From: Paraspadella gotoi
Taxonomy: Eukaryota; Animalia; Chaetognatha
Assembly (NCBI GenBank): GCA_051294375.1
Contig: JBJCIZ010000744.1
Span: forward strand, 1,869,252-1,933,251
Length of the DNA stretch: 64,000 bases
Reading direction: 5' to 3'
Positions 1-14,589 of the stretch are shown one piece after another. Position numbers and translations under genes: made by a program. Every line of letters starts with the position of its first letter. Position 1 is the stretch's first letter. Under the pieces are notes generated by a model. That model made no database searches, was not told the DNA's origin, and worked only from the letters and a program-made list of their open reading frames with translations.

Positions 1-1167
1 CTCTCTCTCTCTCTCTCTCTCCCTCTCTCGCTCTCTCCTCTCTCCCTCTCTCCTCTCTCTTCTCACCCCTCTCTTTTTAATTACCAATATTTTTTGGGGT
101 TTTCGACTACCCACTCCTTTTCCCACGAAAAGCGGATTTTTTAATCACAAAAAAAGTTGGGATGTTCATTTCTTTTTTTTTTTTAATTGTTTTTATTAGT
201 TTAATATTCGCCGAGACGATAGCGCATCGAAGTCATTCTGTGCCGTCGCTTGTCGCTTTTGTTATCATCTTGCATTTTTAAGATCTTTTTTTGTCAGGAT
301 TTTTTTCAATATAGTTTATTTCTTTCAAAATAATTAATATTTTTTCCGTCAACCAGTATACCTTAATTATACTACACTAAATATATCTTGTCAAAATTAT
401 TTTTGGAATATTTAATTTTTATCCATTTCTATTTTTTCGATCGGAAGCGCCCTTGGCATGAGAGAGAGAGGAGAGGAGAGAGAGAGAGAAGAGAAGAGAG
501 TTGTCTTTTTTTAGGTAAGCTATTAAAAGCAAGAAGATTGCTAAATTCTTTTTTTCATTTTTTGTTGTTAACCTAAAAAAAGGATTACGACAGCATTAGT
601 CGTCGTCGGTCGTCGTCGTCAGTTTGCCAACGATGGTAAAATGCACTTACGCTTTCGGGTTGCATAGCAACGTCTCACGACGCCTCGAAAAGCGGTAGCA
701 ACGCTCGGCGTCGCCCATTTGCTCCGACTAGAGAAGCGAGAGAGGTGGAATGTGAGTGAGAGAAAGAGAGATGTTGTAGATCGCGCGCGGCGATGTATTA
801 TGCCGAACGAATTGTGAGGTTGTAAGAATAAATGAGTGAATAGATAGATGATAATGATTGAAGTGAGAGGTTGGTGTGAGGTGGTAGTAATGTGGTCTGG
901 TTGATAGGTATAACAACAACAACAACAATAACAACAACAACAAAAACAACAACAACAACAACAACATCTTCTCCCCCGCAAACGGCGTCGTCGATTTAGG
1001 TGAGCGAAACTTTTTTTTTTCTTTCAAACTTTCATCGATTTTTTTTTCGTTTTCGCGACTCCCGTTGCCATGGCAACCGTCGAGAATGACGACGAGATTC
1101 CAGACGTAAACAAACACGAGGTTTTTTTTCTTTCTTTCGCGTTGTTTCTTTTTTAATATTGATAGCG

Positions 1168-1289
<122 letters not shown>

Positions 1290-1595
1290 CGAGACAGACA
1301 GAGAGACAGTTTCCGCGACCCGATTTTCCGATTTCCTCCGACGGACCCGGATGTGGGAAGGACCCGGATGTGGGAAAGCAGGGTTAACAGCAACATCCGC
1401 CGCCGCCGCCGCACCTGGTCTCGTGCGGCGGAGACAGCAGCGACGCCGCGGCAGCGAGCCGACGCTGTCNNNNNNNNNNCGATAAATGCGATTGGGACGT
1501 ATTTTTAAATATGTTTCATTCATTTAAAGTTAATAATTGATAACAGTTGCTTAAAGTTCGGTTAAAATAGGATTTTATATGAGAAAGTATATGAT

Positions 1596-1632
<37 letters not shown>

Positions 1633-1879
1633 NNNNNNNNNNNNNNNNNNNNNNNNNTATTCTTTTTTTCCGCCATATTAAGTTTATTGAGAAATTCTCA
1701 TTTAAATACTATTTAAATTTGCTTATATTTAAAATGTTTGAACAGATTTTGACGTTAAATAAATATAATGATTATCATTCTAAATGTTTTATTTATAGCT
1801 TATTATTTTATTTTGTATATTCATTATGTTTTTCTAGATTAAATTATGTATAATATGTAATGATGTAAAATAATATTGA

Positions 1880-2142
1880 TTAAATAAGATTAATAGTAAA
1901 TATGATATTAAGATTAAGTAAATATGATTAAATTTAAGAATAAAGTAAATATGATTTGACTTTTAAGATTAAAGTAAATATGATTGAATTAAGTTAAAGT
2001 AAATATGATTAAATTAAGATTAAATAAATATTGATTAAATATGATTTAAGTAAATATGATAATTAGATTAAAGTAATATGATTAAATTAAGATTTAAGTA
2101 AATATGATTGAATTAAGAAAAAATAAATATGATTAAATTAAG
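1880..2142. repeat. About 26-bp AT-rich minisatellite (aagattaaagtaaatatgattaaatt), about 10 copies
   Basis: Recurring gtaaatatgatt core at about 26-nt spacing. Confidence 0.9.
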
Positions 2143-2267
2143 TAGTTATCCGAATAATCTTATCAATAAAGAAGCTACTGTTGGCACATTATCAAATTCT
2201 CTTTTTATTTCCATCTCTATCTCTTTCTCTCTTTCTCTCCCTTCGTTTTATTTTCCTTTTTTTCTTT

Positions 2268-2490
2268 TTTTCTCTATTTTTAACTCTCTCATTGTCTTTC
2301 TTCCTATTTTTAACTCTTCTCATTGTCTTTCTTCTCTATTTTTAACTCTCTTATTGTCTTTCTTCTCTATTTTTAACTCGCCCCTTGTCTTTTTCCTCTA
2401 ATTTTTAACTCTTCATTGTCTTTCTTTCTCTATTTTAACTCTCTTTGTCTTTCTTCTCTATTTTAACTCTCTCATTGTCTTTCTTCTCTC
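2268..2490. repeat. About 31-bp minisatellite (ctatttttaactctctcattgtctttcttct), about 7 copies
   Basis: Directly visible tandem units. Confidence 0.9.
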
Positions 2491-2730
2491 CCCTCCGCTT
2501 CCCAGAGTCATGTCGAAAGGATCGTTATTACGTTGGTTGAACAAGAGAGATATCAATCTATCACTTTTATTCACAGCGTGAAGTTCACACGTTCGGGGAA
2601 GGATAGGGGGAGGGAGAGAGAGAAGAGAGGAGAGCGAAAGAGAGAGAGAGAAGCCTCTCCTAGGGGCCGGACCTTGACTGTCAGTCGGGGTTATTGACTC
2701 AGAAAAAAAGGTCGGGGGCAAGCAGAAAAT

Positions 2731-2806
<76 letters not shown>

Positions 2807-4000
2807 CTTCCTTGATAGTCCAACACCGGCCTCCCTACCGAGGCCTCGGAAAGGTTTGGAATCCTTGAAAAAAAGAAACTAAAGGACAGAGAGAGAGAGA
2901 GGAGAAAAAAAACAACTAAAGGTTCTCACTGTTTTTTCTAACTTTCAACGAAACTTAACCTTTTGAAAGTTAGTGACTTTCCGACCCCTAATCAACTCAC
3001 TTACTATTACTTAACGAAGTGGACTCCTTTTAAAGTGGGAATAGATAGTTATTTGGTATAAAAATACAACATTTGCATATGTGTACGTTTGCAAGCATTG
3101 AAACTTTCTGCCCCACAAAAAATCTATATTGTCCCAGTCTTTGGCGGGCCCAAGTTGGGTTAAGCATAATAACATTAGATTGCCGCCACTCTTTTCGGAA
3201 GCAACATATATTAATTTTAAATAAAATAAGTTACACCCACAAAATCGTAAATATTTTAAAATTTAATATGTAACACTATTTATATTGAAACATTTGTTTT
3301 GAGAGAAGAAAAATTTGTAGGGGATTTTTTTTTTCTGAAATTAAAAGAGACAATTTGACAATTAAGGACAATAGAAGATTAAAACGATTAAAACGATGAG
3401 TATTGAGCAAGAAAATTGCATAATGGCACTAAAAATAGGTTGGAACAAGGAATTTTTGAAATTTCATGTGAGGACCCAGCAGTTTTAAATCAAGTCGAGT
3501 TCGTTCAATTCACAGAACCTTATTATCCTTCGTATTACAAATATCAGACTCAAAATTACAAATAAATTAATTACATTTACAATAAAACTAAAAGTCACGT
3601 TTCTAATTCCACCCTTTCTTAATTTTGTTTTTCATGTCTCCATCGCCATCTATCGTCGACAGTCAACCATTTCCGCCATCTTGGTTCACTGATTTCAATA
3701 TCATCGAAAATGATATATTCATTAAAATTATCATTATATGATATTATTGATTAAATCTACGACCGCTTGGATCGTTCCTCGGTAAACTTCGATTAACTCA
3801 TCCCTTTACCTTTTTTTCCTTTACTCCTTTTTCCCCCTTTCCCTTAACGTACCTTTGTCTCCACCTTGACTGCTCAAATAACTTCTATCTCCCTCCACGT
3901 CAACGGGATTTCCGCCCAGCCTCTCAACGCGCCGCTGTCGTAAATTATCCGCTCACGACGCTTTACTCTCTCTCTCCTCTCTCTCTCTCGGCTCTCTCTC

Positions 4001-4062
<62 letters not shown>

Positions 4063-4447
4063 TCTTCTCCCTTCGTGACAATAATCCGTATTCTCTCCAT
4101 CGATTACGTTCGTTTCATCACAACAACCACGACAACACGACGACGGACAACGACAACAACAACAACAACCAATAACAACAAACAACAAAAACCAAACAAG
4201 CAACAACAAACATCTTCTCTCCCCCGGCACAACGGCGTCGTCGATTAGCGTGAGCGAACTTTTTTTTTCTTTCAAACTTTCATCGATTTTTTTTTTTCGT
4301 TTTCGCGACTACCCGTTGCCATTGGCACCGTCGAGAATGACGACGAGATTCCAGCGTAAACAACACGAGGTTTTTTTTCTTTCTTTCGCGTTGTATTCTT
4401 TTTAATATTGATAGCGAGAGAGCTGAAGAGAGAGAGAAGAGAGAGAG

Positions 4448-4486
<39 letters not shown>

Positions 4487-4577
4487 GAGGAGAGAACCGG
4501 AGGACGGACAGAGAGACAGTTTTCCGCGACCCGATGTTCCGTTTCCTCCGACGGGACCCGGATGTGGGAAGACCCGG

Positions 4578-4755
4578 ATGTGGGGAAAGCAGGGGTTAAC
4601 AGCCAACATCCGCCGCCGCCGCCGCACCTGGTCATCGTGCGGCGGAGGACAGCAGCAGGACGCCGCGGCGCGAAGCGACGCTGTCGGGAGGACGCTCTCT
4701 CTCGACCGACATTGGCGCCAGACATTCGCTGGCGTTGGAGAACAATTTTTGTCAG
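4578..4755 (+). CDS. Possible first coding exon of an unidentified gene
   Basis: GC-rich island with a partial second copy at 1348-1469. The consensus reads [55 protein letters not shown] with RxxS-type motifs and ends at CAG|gttgat. It is preceded by a direct duplication of gacccggatgtgggaa. Confidence 0.3.
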
Positions 4756-4783
4756 GTTGATGGACGTCTCTCTCTCTCTTCTT

Positions 4784-4827
<44 letters not shown>

Positions 4828-5148
4828 AATTTTCGGCGATCGGTGGCGGAACGTCAAGCGGCAGACGTCACTTTGACGTCAGGAGCGCTCGATGTGATTC
4901 AGATTCTGTCCCCATATTGAAAATAAAGGGAAGACAAGAAGATGACGGATGACGAAAGATGACGGACGACGACGGACGAACGGACGACGATGATGGCACG
5001 ATATGCGATTGGGACGTTATTTTTAAATATGTTTCTTCATTTAAAGTTAATAATTGATAACAGTTGCTATTCGGTATAAAATAGGATATATGAGAAAGTA
5101 ATATTTATAAATAAGAGAGAGAGAGAGAGGAAGAGAGAGAGAGATGAC

Positions 5149-5179
<31 letters not shown>

Positions 5180-5183
5180 GAGA

Positions 5184-5219
<36 letters not shown>

Positions 5220-6035
5220 CGCGCGCCATTTCGAACCGGCGTCGTTTTACTTCCGCGCACGAGACAGAGGCGGCGCTCTTTTCAGAAAAAACCGGCGATA
5301 TCCTCGCGGCGTCGGCGCTCGGAAAAATCAAAACGTTGATGGCGACGATAAATTTCGTAGGAGGAAAAGAAAGGGAGAAAGAAAGGAAAAGAAAGGAAAA
5401 GAAAGGAAGATAAAGGAAGAGAATATCCTTGGTTTTTCTTCTCTTTTTATATTTATTACTTTTTTTTTCTTATTGAATTCGATGGAAGGAGATTTTTCTG
5501 GCCGAAGAATTATTTAATATTATTATTATTTAATATTATTTTCGATGTAGTCTGGGATATTTGTGAGAGAAGAAAATGAGGACCAAGTTCACTGGGCATA
5601 GACTTTCGTATGTTCGTGACAAGGAAAGCGCCCTCCTCTCCAGGAATTCTTTGTCTTTTCTCGCTCAATGATGATGGGTTCAAAAACATTTTTAAACCTT
5701 TTTTAAGCTTATTTCTTAATCCATTTTCTCAAGAATACCCATTTAATATTTTTTTTCTTCAAGTAACCCATTAGCTTCAACTGTATTTTACTCGAAAAGA
5801 TACGTAATTATCATTACCTCATCTTTAAAAAAAGTTCCTTAGATTCCAAAGTAATAAAGTAATAAAGTTTTTTTTTTCACATTAACCGGGCAGAGTTTTT
5901 AACATTTTCAAACCTTCGCCATCTCCACGTGTCACTCTGTCTCTACGTGAATCCCTCTCCATTACAAGAGGCGCACGTTTGCTCAATAAATTTAACGGAG
6001 GAGCGCGAGAGGAAAACTGCTTTTCTCCCAAGCAC

Positions 6036-6149
<114 letters not shown>

Positions 6150-6439
6150 TCACCAGTATTCCCGACATCGACTCTCTCGTCTCGCGAATTTCTATCCACA
6201 TGTTCTGTGTTCGGCGATAACTCCTTTTTATTACAAACAGTTGAAAGATTTTCCAATTTAATTTTTTGAGTTTTTTTTTCTTTTTTCGATTCTCGCGTCT
6301 TTTTCAACTCTTTCTTTACGTACATTAATATAGATATATCATAATGTATCATTATATTTATCTATTTATCGTTAACTCTCGGTCTCCATCACATTCTCCC
6401 CCCATCACTTTCTGGATCACGTTTTTTTTCACCTTGTCT

Positions 6440-6731
6440 TCACGTTTTCTCTCACGTTTTCCATCACGTTCTCCATCACGATCTCCATCACCTTCTCCAT
6501 CACGTTCTCCATCACCTTCTCCATCATGTTTTTTATTCAGTTTTTCATTCTAATCTCCATTAAGATATTCATCAAGTTATCCATCACGTTCTCCATCACG
6601 TTCTCCATCACCTTCTCCATCACCTTCTCCATCACCTTCTCCATCACGTTTTTCATTCAGTTCTTCATTCTAATCTCCTTTAAGATATTCATCAAGTTCT
6701 CCATCACGTTCTCCATCACGTTTTCCATCAC
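6440..6731. repeat. 12-bp tandem repeat (ctccatcacgtt/ctccatcacctt) with higher-order duplication; second copy at about 9170-9461
   Basis: Visible units. The spacer ttcattctaatctcc..taagatattcatcaagtt occurs twice. Confidence 0.9.
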
Positions 6732-6815
6732 TTTACGAGTCACTTTCGGCTGTCAACTTCTCCGTCACGTTCGCTAATCCGCGTTTCCACGAAGATCCTC
6801 CCTCGTCTCGATTTG

Positions 6816-6873
<58 letters not shown>

Positions 6874-7000
6874 TTTTCCTGGAAGAGAAAAGCCAAGATT
6901 CTGTCTCCCTCTTTTTTGTGAGGGTATAAATTGAAGAAGCTTGAGGTCAGAAAGGTTCTTTGGAGCGAGAGAGAGAGAGGGGGGCGGCAGAGGGGGGTAC

Positions 7001-7200
7001 TATAAGAGCTTAGTAGGGTGGATGACGGAAAATATCACAGGGCCTTGCTATCGAACCAGAACGACTACACTATAAGAGCTTAGTAGGGTGGATGATGGAA
7101 AATATCAAAGGGCCTCGCTATCGAGCCAGAACGACTACACTATAAGAGCTTAGTAGGGTGGATGACAGAAAATATCACAGGGCCTTGCTATCGAACGACT
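7001..7200. repeat. 70-bp minisatellite, 3 units (last partial)
   Basis: Unit tataagagcttagtagggtggatgacggaaaatatcacagggccttgctatcgaaccagaacgactacac starts at 7001, 7071 and 7141. Confidence 0.95.
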
Positions 7201-7315
7201 GTAGTGGGGTGCGGTAGAGGGAAGGAAAAGAAAAGTTTAAAAGAAGGAAAAAACTCAGAGTGGTTTTATCAAGGTGGTGAGTTTAAATGCGGTGTTTTAA
7301 TCGAAAGGCAGCGGT

Positions 7316-7366
<51 letters not shown>

Positions 7367-7608
7367 AGTTTGAAAGGTGAGTTTAAGTTGGGTCACGAGA
7401 TCACCGAAGCTTGTGTATAGAAAATATCTCGTTCGCTAATTTTATATAATGAAATTTTCCTTGCCTAGAAAATGATCAATTTATCAATGGCGCCAACGTT
7501 CAATACGATTGTTGATTTAAAAATATTATGGCCCGATAAAATAATTTAATAAAATTAATCATAGAAAAAAAAATTAATATCGAAGATAAGCGACGGCATT
7601 AAAAACGG

Positions 7609-7644
<36 letters not shown>

Positions 7645-7669
7645 NNNNNNNNNNNNNNNNNNNNNNNNN

Positions 7670-8797
7670 ACTGCCATTTTCCACCGATGACGACCGACGA
7701 TGATGGCCCAACGATAATGCGATTTGGGACGTATTTTTAATATGTTTCATCTTCATTTAAAGTTAATAATTGAAACAGGTTGCTTAAAGTTCGGTTAAAA
7801 TTAGGATTTTATATGAGAAAAGTATATTGATAATAAGAGATGAGAGAGAGAGAGAGAGAACGAGAGGAGAGAGGAGGAAGAGAGAGAGAGAAGAGAAGAG
7901 AGAGAGGACGCGCCGGCCATTTCGAACCGGCGTGTCGTTTATTCCGCGCACGAGACAGAGGCGGCGCTCTTTTTCAGAAAAAACCGGCGATATCCTCGCG
8001 GCGTCGGCGGCTCGGATAAAAATCAAAACGTTGATGGCGGACGATAAATTCGTAGGAGGAAAAGGAAAGGAGAAAGAAGGAAAAGAACCAGGAAAAGAAA
8101 GGAAGATAAAGGAAGAGAAATCCTTTGGTTTTTCTTCTCTTTATATTTATTACTTTTTTTTTCTATATTGAATTCCCGATGAAGGGAGATTTTTCTGGCC
8201 GAAGAATTATTTAATTTATTATATTTAAATTATTTTCGATGTAGCTCTTGGATTATTTGTAGAGAGAAGAACAATGAGGACCAAGTTACATGGGCATAGA
8301 CTTTCGTATGTTCCGACGTTGACCACGAAAAGGGGAAAGACCGCCCTCCTCTCCAGGAATTCCCTTTTGTCTTTTCTCGCCTTCAAGTGTATTTCGATTG
8401 GGTTCGAAAAACCATTTAAACCTCTTTTAAGCCTTATTCTACATCATTTTCTTCAAGGAATACCCAGTTAATATTTTTTTCTTCTTCAAGAAAACCCATT
8501 AGGCTTCAAGTTTTTCCGAAAGATACGTAATTATCATTAACCTCATCTTAAAAAAAGTTTCCTTAAGATTCCAAAGTAATAAAGTAATAAAGTTTTTTTT
8601 TTCACATTAACGGGCCAGGTTTTAACAATTTTCAAAACTTCGCCATCTCACGTGTCACTCTGTCTCTACGTGAATCCCTCTCATTTACAAGAGGCGCCAC
8701 ACGTTTGCCTTCAGATAAATTAACGGAGGAGCGCTGAAGAGGAAAACTGCTTTGTCTCCCACAAGCACGTCTCTCTCTCTCTATCTCTCTCTCGTCT

Positions 8798-8828
<31 letters not shown>

Positions 8829-10505
8829 GCTCGCATCACCAGTATTCCGACATTCGACTCTCTCGTCTCGCGAATTTCTATCCACATGTTCTGTGTTCGG
8901 CGATTAACTCACTTCTTTATTACAAACAGTTGAAAAGATTTATCCAATTTAATTTTTTTGAAGTTTTTTTTTCTTTTTTCAGAATTCTTCTCGCGTCGTT
9001 TTTCACCTCTTTCTTTACGTACATTATATATAATATATTCATAACATTGTATCATCCTATATGTTATCTATTTATCGTTAACTCTCCGGCTCTCCCATCA
9101 CATTCTCCCCCTGCATCACTTTCTGGACTCCACGTTTTTCTTTCACCTGCCTTCTGTCTTCCACGTTTCTCCTCTCACGTTTCTCCATCACCGTTCTCCA
9201 TCACGATCTCCATCCCTTCTCCATCACGTTCTCCATCACCTTCTCGATCATGTTTTTTATTCAGTTTTTCATTCTAATCTCCATTAAGATATTCATACAA
9301 GTTATCCATCACGTTCTCCATCACGTTTCTCCATCACCTTCTCCATCTACCTTCTCCATCACCTTCTCCATCACGTGTTTTTCATTCAGTTCTTCATTCT
9401 AATCTCCTTTAAGATATTCATCAAGTTCTCCCATCACGTTCTCCATCACGTTTTCCATCACTTTACGAGTCACTTTCGGCTGTCAACTTCATCCGTCACG
9501 TTCGCTAATACCGCGTTTCCACGAAGATCCTCCCTCGTCTCGATTTGGCGAGAGGAGAGGAGAGAGAGAGAGAGAGAGGGAGAAGAGAAGAAGGAGAGAA
9601 GAGAGAGACTGATGATGAGAGAGATGATTTTCGGAAGAGAAAAGCCAAGATTCTGTCTCCCTCTTTTTTGTGAGGGTATAAATTGAAGAAGCTGAGGTCA
9701 GAAAGGTTCTTTGGAGCGAGCGAGAAGAGAGAGAGGGGGCGGCAGAGGGAGGGTACTATAACGAGGCTTAGTTAGTGAGTGGGATGACGGAAAATATCAC
9801 AGGGCCTTGCTATCGAACCAGAACGACTACAACTATAAGAGCTTAGTAGGGTGGATGACGGAAAATATCACAGGGCCTCGCTATCGAACCAGAAACGACT
9901 ACACTAAAGAGCTTTAGTAGGGTGGATGACAGAAAATATCACAGGGCCTCGCTATCGAGCCAGAACGACTACACTATAAGAGCTTAGTAGGGTGGATGAC
10001 AAGAAAATATCACAGGCCTCGCTATTGAGCTAGAACAACAACACTATAAGAGCTTAGTAGGGTGGATGACGGAAAATATCACAGCGCCCTCGCTATCGAG
10101 CCAGAACGACTACATTATAAAGAGCTTAGTAGGGTGGATGAACGGAAAATATCACAGGGCCTTGCTATCGAACCAGAACGACTACACTATAAGAGCTTAG
10201 ATAGGGTGGATGACTGAAAATATCACAGGGCCTCGCTATCGAACGCAGAACGACTACACTATAAGAGCTTAGTAGGGGTGGATGATGGAAAATATCAAAG
10301 GCCTCGCTATCGGCCAGAACGACTACACTATAAGAGCTTAGTAGGGTGGATGACAGAAAATATCACCAGGGCCTTGCTATATCGAACGACTGTAGTGGGG
10401 TGCGGTAGAGGACAAGAAAAGAAAAGTTTAAAAGAAGGAAAAAACTCAGAGTGGTTTTATCAAGGTGGTGAGTTTAAATGCGGTGTTTTAATCGAAAGGC
10501 ACGGT

Positions 10506-10544
<39 letters not shown>

Positions 10545-10793
10545 GAGACTGAGTTTGAAAGGTGAGTTTAAGTTGGGTCACGAGCATCACCGAAGCTTGT
10601 GTATAGAAAATATCTCGTTCGCTAATTTTATATAATGAAATTTTCCTTGCCTAGAAAATGATCAATTTATCAATGGCGCCAACGTTCAATACGATTGTTG
10701 ATTTAAAAATATTATGGCCCGATAAAATAATTTAATAAATTAATCATAGAAAAAAAAATTAATATCGAAGATAAGCGACGGCATTAAAAACGG

Positions 10794-10830
<37 letters not shown>

Positions 10831-10832
10831 CT

Positions 10833-10870
<38 letters not shown>

Positions 10871-11254
10871 ACCCCCTCTCTTTATTACCAATTTTTGGGG
10901 TTTTCAGACTACCCACTCCTTTTCCCACGAAAGGGAATTTTTAATCACAAAAAAGTTGGGATGTTTCATTTCTTTTTTTTTAATTTTTTTTTTAGATTTT
11001 TAAATTTCCCGCCGAGAGATAGCGCATCGAGTCATTCTGTGCCGTCGCTTGTCGCTTTTGTTATCATCTTGATTTTTAGATCTTTTTTTGGTCAGGATTT
11101 TTTTTCAATATGTTTATTTTTTCAAATAATTAATATTTTTTCCGTCAACCAGTATACTTAAATATACATACACTAAAATATATCTGCAAAAATTATTTTT
11201 GGAATATTTAATTTTTATCATTTTCTATTTTTTCGATCCGGGAAAGCGCCCCTG

Positions 11255-11342
<88 letters not shown>

Positions 11343-11570
11343 GCTCTTTAGGGTAAGCTATTAAAAGCAAGAAGATTGCTAAAAATTTTTTTTTCATTTT
11401 TTTGTTGTTAACCTAAAAAGATTACGACGCATTAGTCGTCGTCGTCGTCGTCGTCGTTGCCAACGATGGTAAAATGCACTTTCGTCTTTCGGGTTGCCAT
11501 AGCAACGTCTCACGACGCCTCGAAAATGCGGTAGGCAACGCCTCGGGTTCGCCCTTTGCTCGAGCTGAAA
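7670..11570 (+). other. Redundant copy: 7690-10830 matches 4975-7644, and 10800-11570 matches 1-730
   Basis: Colinear match differing mainly by single-base indels. It begins right after the 25-N gap at 7645-7669. Confidence 0.9.
9756..10391. repeat. Same 70-bp minisatellite, 9 units (last partial)
   Basis: Same unit and same flanks as 7001-7200, with scattered indels. Confidence 0.95.
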
Positions 11571-12044
11571 GGCGAAGGGGAATATTATAGAAAAATAGTT
11601 TTGAGACACGATTAGGGGAAATTATGCCACATGGTTATTGATTATTAATGATTGATTAATAATAATTGATTAATGATTAATGATTAAGTTATGCTATTTT
11701 CAATGACCACGTTTAGCTACTGAACCAATTTTTTTATCACGACTTCAAAGAATCATCTGATCCAAATGAAAATGCAATAAAGCAATACTATATTCTTTTT
11801 CTAGTTATTATTATTTTTTTTGGGCCTTTTATCCAAAAATATAATCATAAAAAATAGTTGAATACGAAGTCAAATTTTTTTCCAAAATAAATATAAATTT
11901 TATTTTATTTCGTTTTCTTTCACGGGGGAAAGAGAAGGGAAGATTTCCTTTTTTCTTTTCTTTTTCTTTTCTTTTCTTTTCTTTTTTTATATTGTCGCTC
12001 TCTTTTTTGATGTCTTTCTTTCTTTCTTTCTTTCTTTTTTTATT

Positions 12045-12108
<64 letters not shown>

Positions 12109-12367
12109 TCATCATATTTTTTCAATCCCTTGTTTCACTTTCGCTCCTTCTCGTATTTCACTTCTTTATTTTTATCTTCGACTTTTGTTTGTTTTTATTT
12201 GAACTTCGTCAAATTTAAAAAAAAAAAATTTTTTGTTGAAATTTCCCTCCTTTTTTTTACAGTCGGGAATTTTACATAAAAATCAAAAAGAAAAATGTTA
12301 AAATTTTAAAAATAAAAAGTTGACTTTCTTGTACAAACGAAGAGACTATTTTATCAATAGCCACAAT

Positions 12368-12401
<34 letters not shown>

Positions 12402-12869
12402 AAACAACAACAACATTATCCCTTTCCCCCTGATTTCACATCTTTGGCCTCCTTCGAAACGCGTCGAACATTTTCCGACTTTTATACGAATTTATTTTAT
12501 ACTTTATTCTGGTTCCCTTCTCTGGCCCGTTTTGGATCTCTATTCCGAAAGCGGCCCAGTTCTTGTTTTTATTACCTAAACTCAGTTTTAATATTTTTAA
12601 CCATTATCTGTATCTCAACTTATCTTTAGCTTAATCCATAGACTAATCCATAACCTTAATCTAAAAATTAACCTAATTTTGAATTTAAAATGAAATGGGA
12701 CGTTCTGAGAAAATAAGGCCTCCCTCCCTTTTTACCTTATTCTACTTTCTCCTTTTTTTTCCTCCTCCTCCTCTTCTTCCTCTTCTTCCTCCGCTGTTGA
12801 CTTGTTCGTTCTCTCCATTGCTATTTCTCTTTTATACACCGGGCGTCCGTTACAGCTCAGGGTGCCACA

Positions 12870-12990
<121 letters not shown>

Positions 12991-13489
12991 CCGCGGGGCG
13001 CAACTTTTCCTCTTTCAGTTTGAAAAAAAAAGTATTTCTTGTTTGTTTCACAAGCAACGCTCCTGGCGGAGAAAAAAAAAGTGAGCGTTGCCGAGTGGTT
13101 TTCCGTGTTTCTGTCTTTTCAAGACAAGTTACGTGAAAAAAAGCATTAAATATAGAAACCAAACACAAAATGTAACAATTCAACTAACACTAAACCATTA
13201 TATTATCATACTTACAAATAAGACAAGTTGTTTAATAACCAATTAAACCCGTTCAACACCTCTTCTCATACTAGTAACATATTACGTCCTCACACTCCTC
13301 CCTCACACTTGTCGCCCACACTACCCCATCCCACATCGACCCCGATTTTTTCCATTCACAGTTTCACACGGACTCCAATCATTCGGCTCACGATTTCGCT
13401 CCATTGACTTTCACCGACTCATTTTCACGATTCTTTCATACGATTCAGTTCTCGTCCCTTTCACAATTCACACCTTTCGTCCTTTTCCT

Positions 13490-13790
13490 TTCAAAGTATC
13501 TCTCTTTTCTTTCATGCCTTCCTCTCTTTTCTTTCACGCCTTCCTCTCTTTTCTCTCGCACGTTCCTTCCTTTTCTTTTAACACTTTTCTTTCTTATGGT
13601 TTCCACTTTACTCTCTTTTCTTTCACACCTTCCTCTCTTTTCTTTCACGCCTTCCTCTCTTTTCCTTCACGCCTTCCTCTCTTTTCTTCCACGCCTTCCT
13701 CTCTTTTCTTTCGCACGTTCCTTCCTTTTATTTTAACACTTTTCTTTCTTATGCTTCCCACTTTACTCTCTTTTCTTTCACGCCTTCTCT
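13490..13790. repeat. 22-bp pyrimidine-rich repeat (cacgccttcctctcttttcttt); copies at about 20320-20640 and 25550-25850
   Basis: cacgcc cores at 22-nt spacing, for example 13646 and 13668. Confidence 0.85.
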
Positions 13791-14589
13791 CTCCCTCTGA
13801 ATTCAAATGTCACTCCGTTTTTCTTCACTCCTTCCTCCCTTTTCTTTAATGAATTATTCCTTTTCTTTCTCAAATTCCTCCTTTTCCTTTTCCCACTTCC
13901 TCCCTTTCCTTTTCCCAATTTCCTCCCTTTTCTTTTCCCACTTTCCTCCCTTTTTTTCTCACGTTTCTCCCTTTTCTTTTTCCCACTTTCCTTCCTTTTC
14001 TTTTCGCGCGATCCTCTCATTTCATTCTTACTTAAAAGCTTTTCAATTTTTTTTCTTCTTCTTTCTTCCCGCGTGATCCTCATTATTTCTCAGTTACTCC
14101 TTTTTTTCTCTCACCTTCTTTTTCTCCTTTTTTATTTCCTTTTTTCTTTTTCTTTTTCCTCCTTTCTCTTTTTCCTCCTTTTTCTTTTCTTTTTTATTCC
14201 TTTTTCCTTTCCTTTTTCCTCCTTTTCCTTGTCCTTTTCCCTCCTTTTCCTTTTCCTTTTTCCTCCTTTTCCTTTTCCCTCCTTTTCCTTTTCCTTTTTC
14301 CTCCTTGTATCCCATCAAACTGACAAAGGAAAAGTCAGTAAAACTAATCTAGTGACAGAGAAAAGAAAAACCACTTAATTAACGACGGATTCGCTCCTCA
14401 TATTCTTTAGAGAATAAGGAATAATTATAAACTCGTGAAGGTTCTGCGGGATTGCGGTCGTCGTCGTCGTCGTCGTCTTCGTCGTCGTCGCTGCCCTTAT
14501 ACACGGACGGACCTCAAAACCAGATCTTTGGCTTTTTTAATTCCCTTTACTTTTCTCTAATTCTTTTCTTTCTTTATTTTTCTTCTCTC

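Noticed and set aside
730-915. Junction from the end of block 10800-11570 back to about 4130, suggesting circular DNA or a tandem duplication
   Set aside because: The join runs through about 190 nt of unalignable junk. A low-quality pass around a circular SMRTbell template explains it more simply.
9756-10391. CRISPR-like array
   Set aside because: The units are full-length 70-bp repeats with no unique spacers, there are no cas genes, and the context is eukaryotic.
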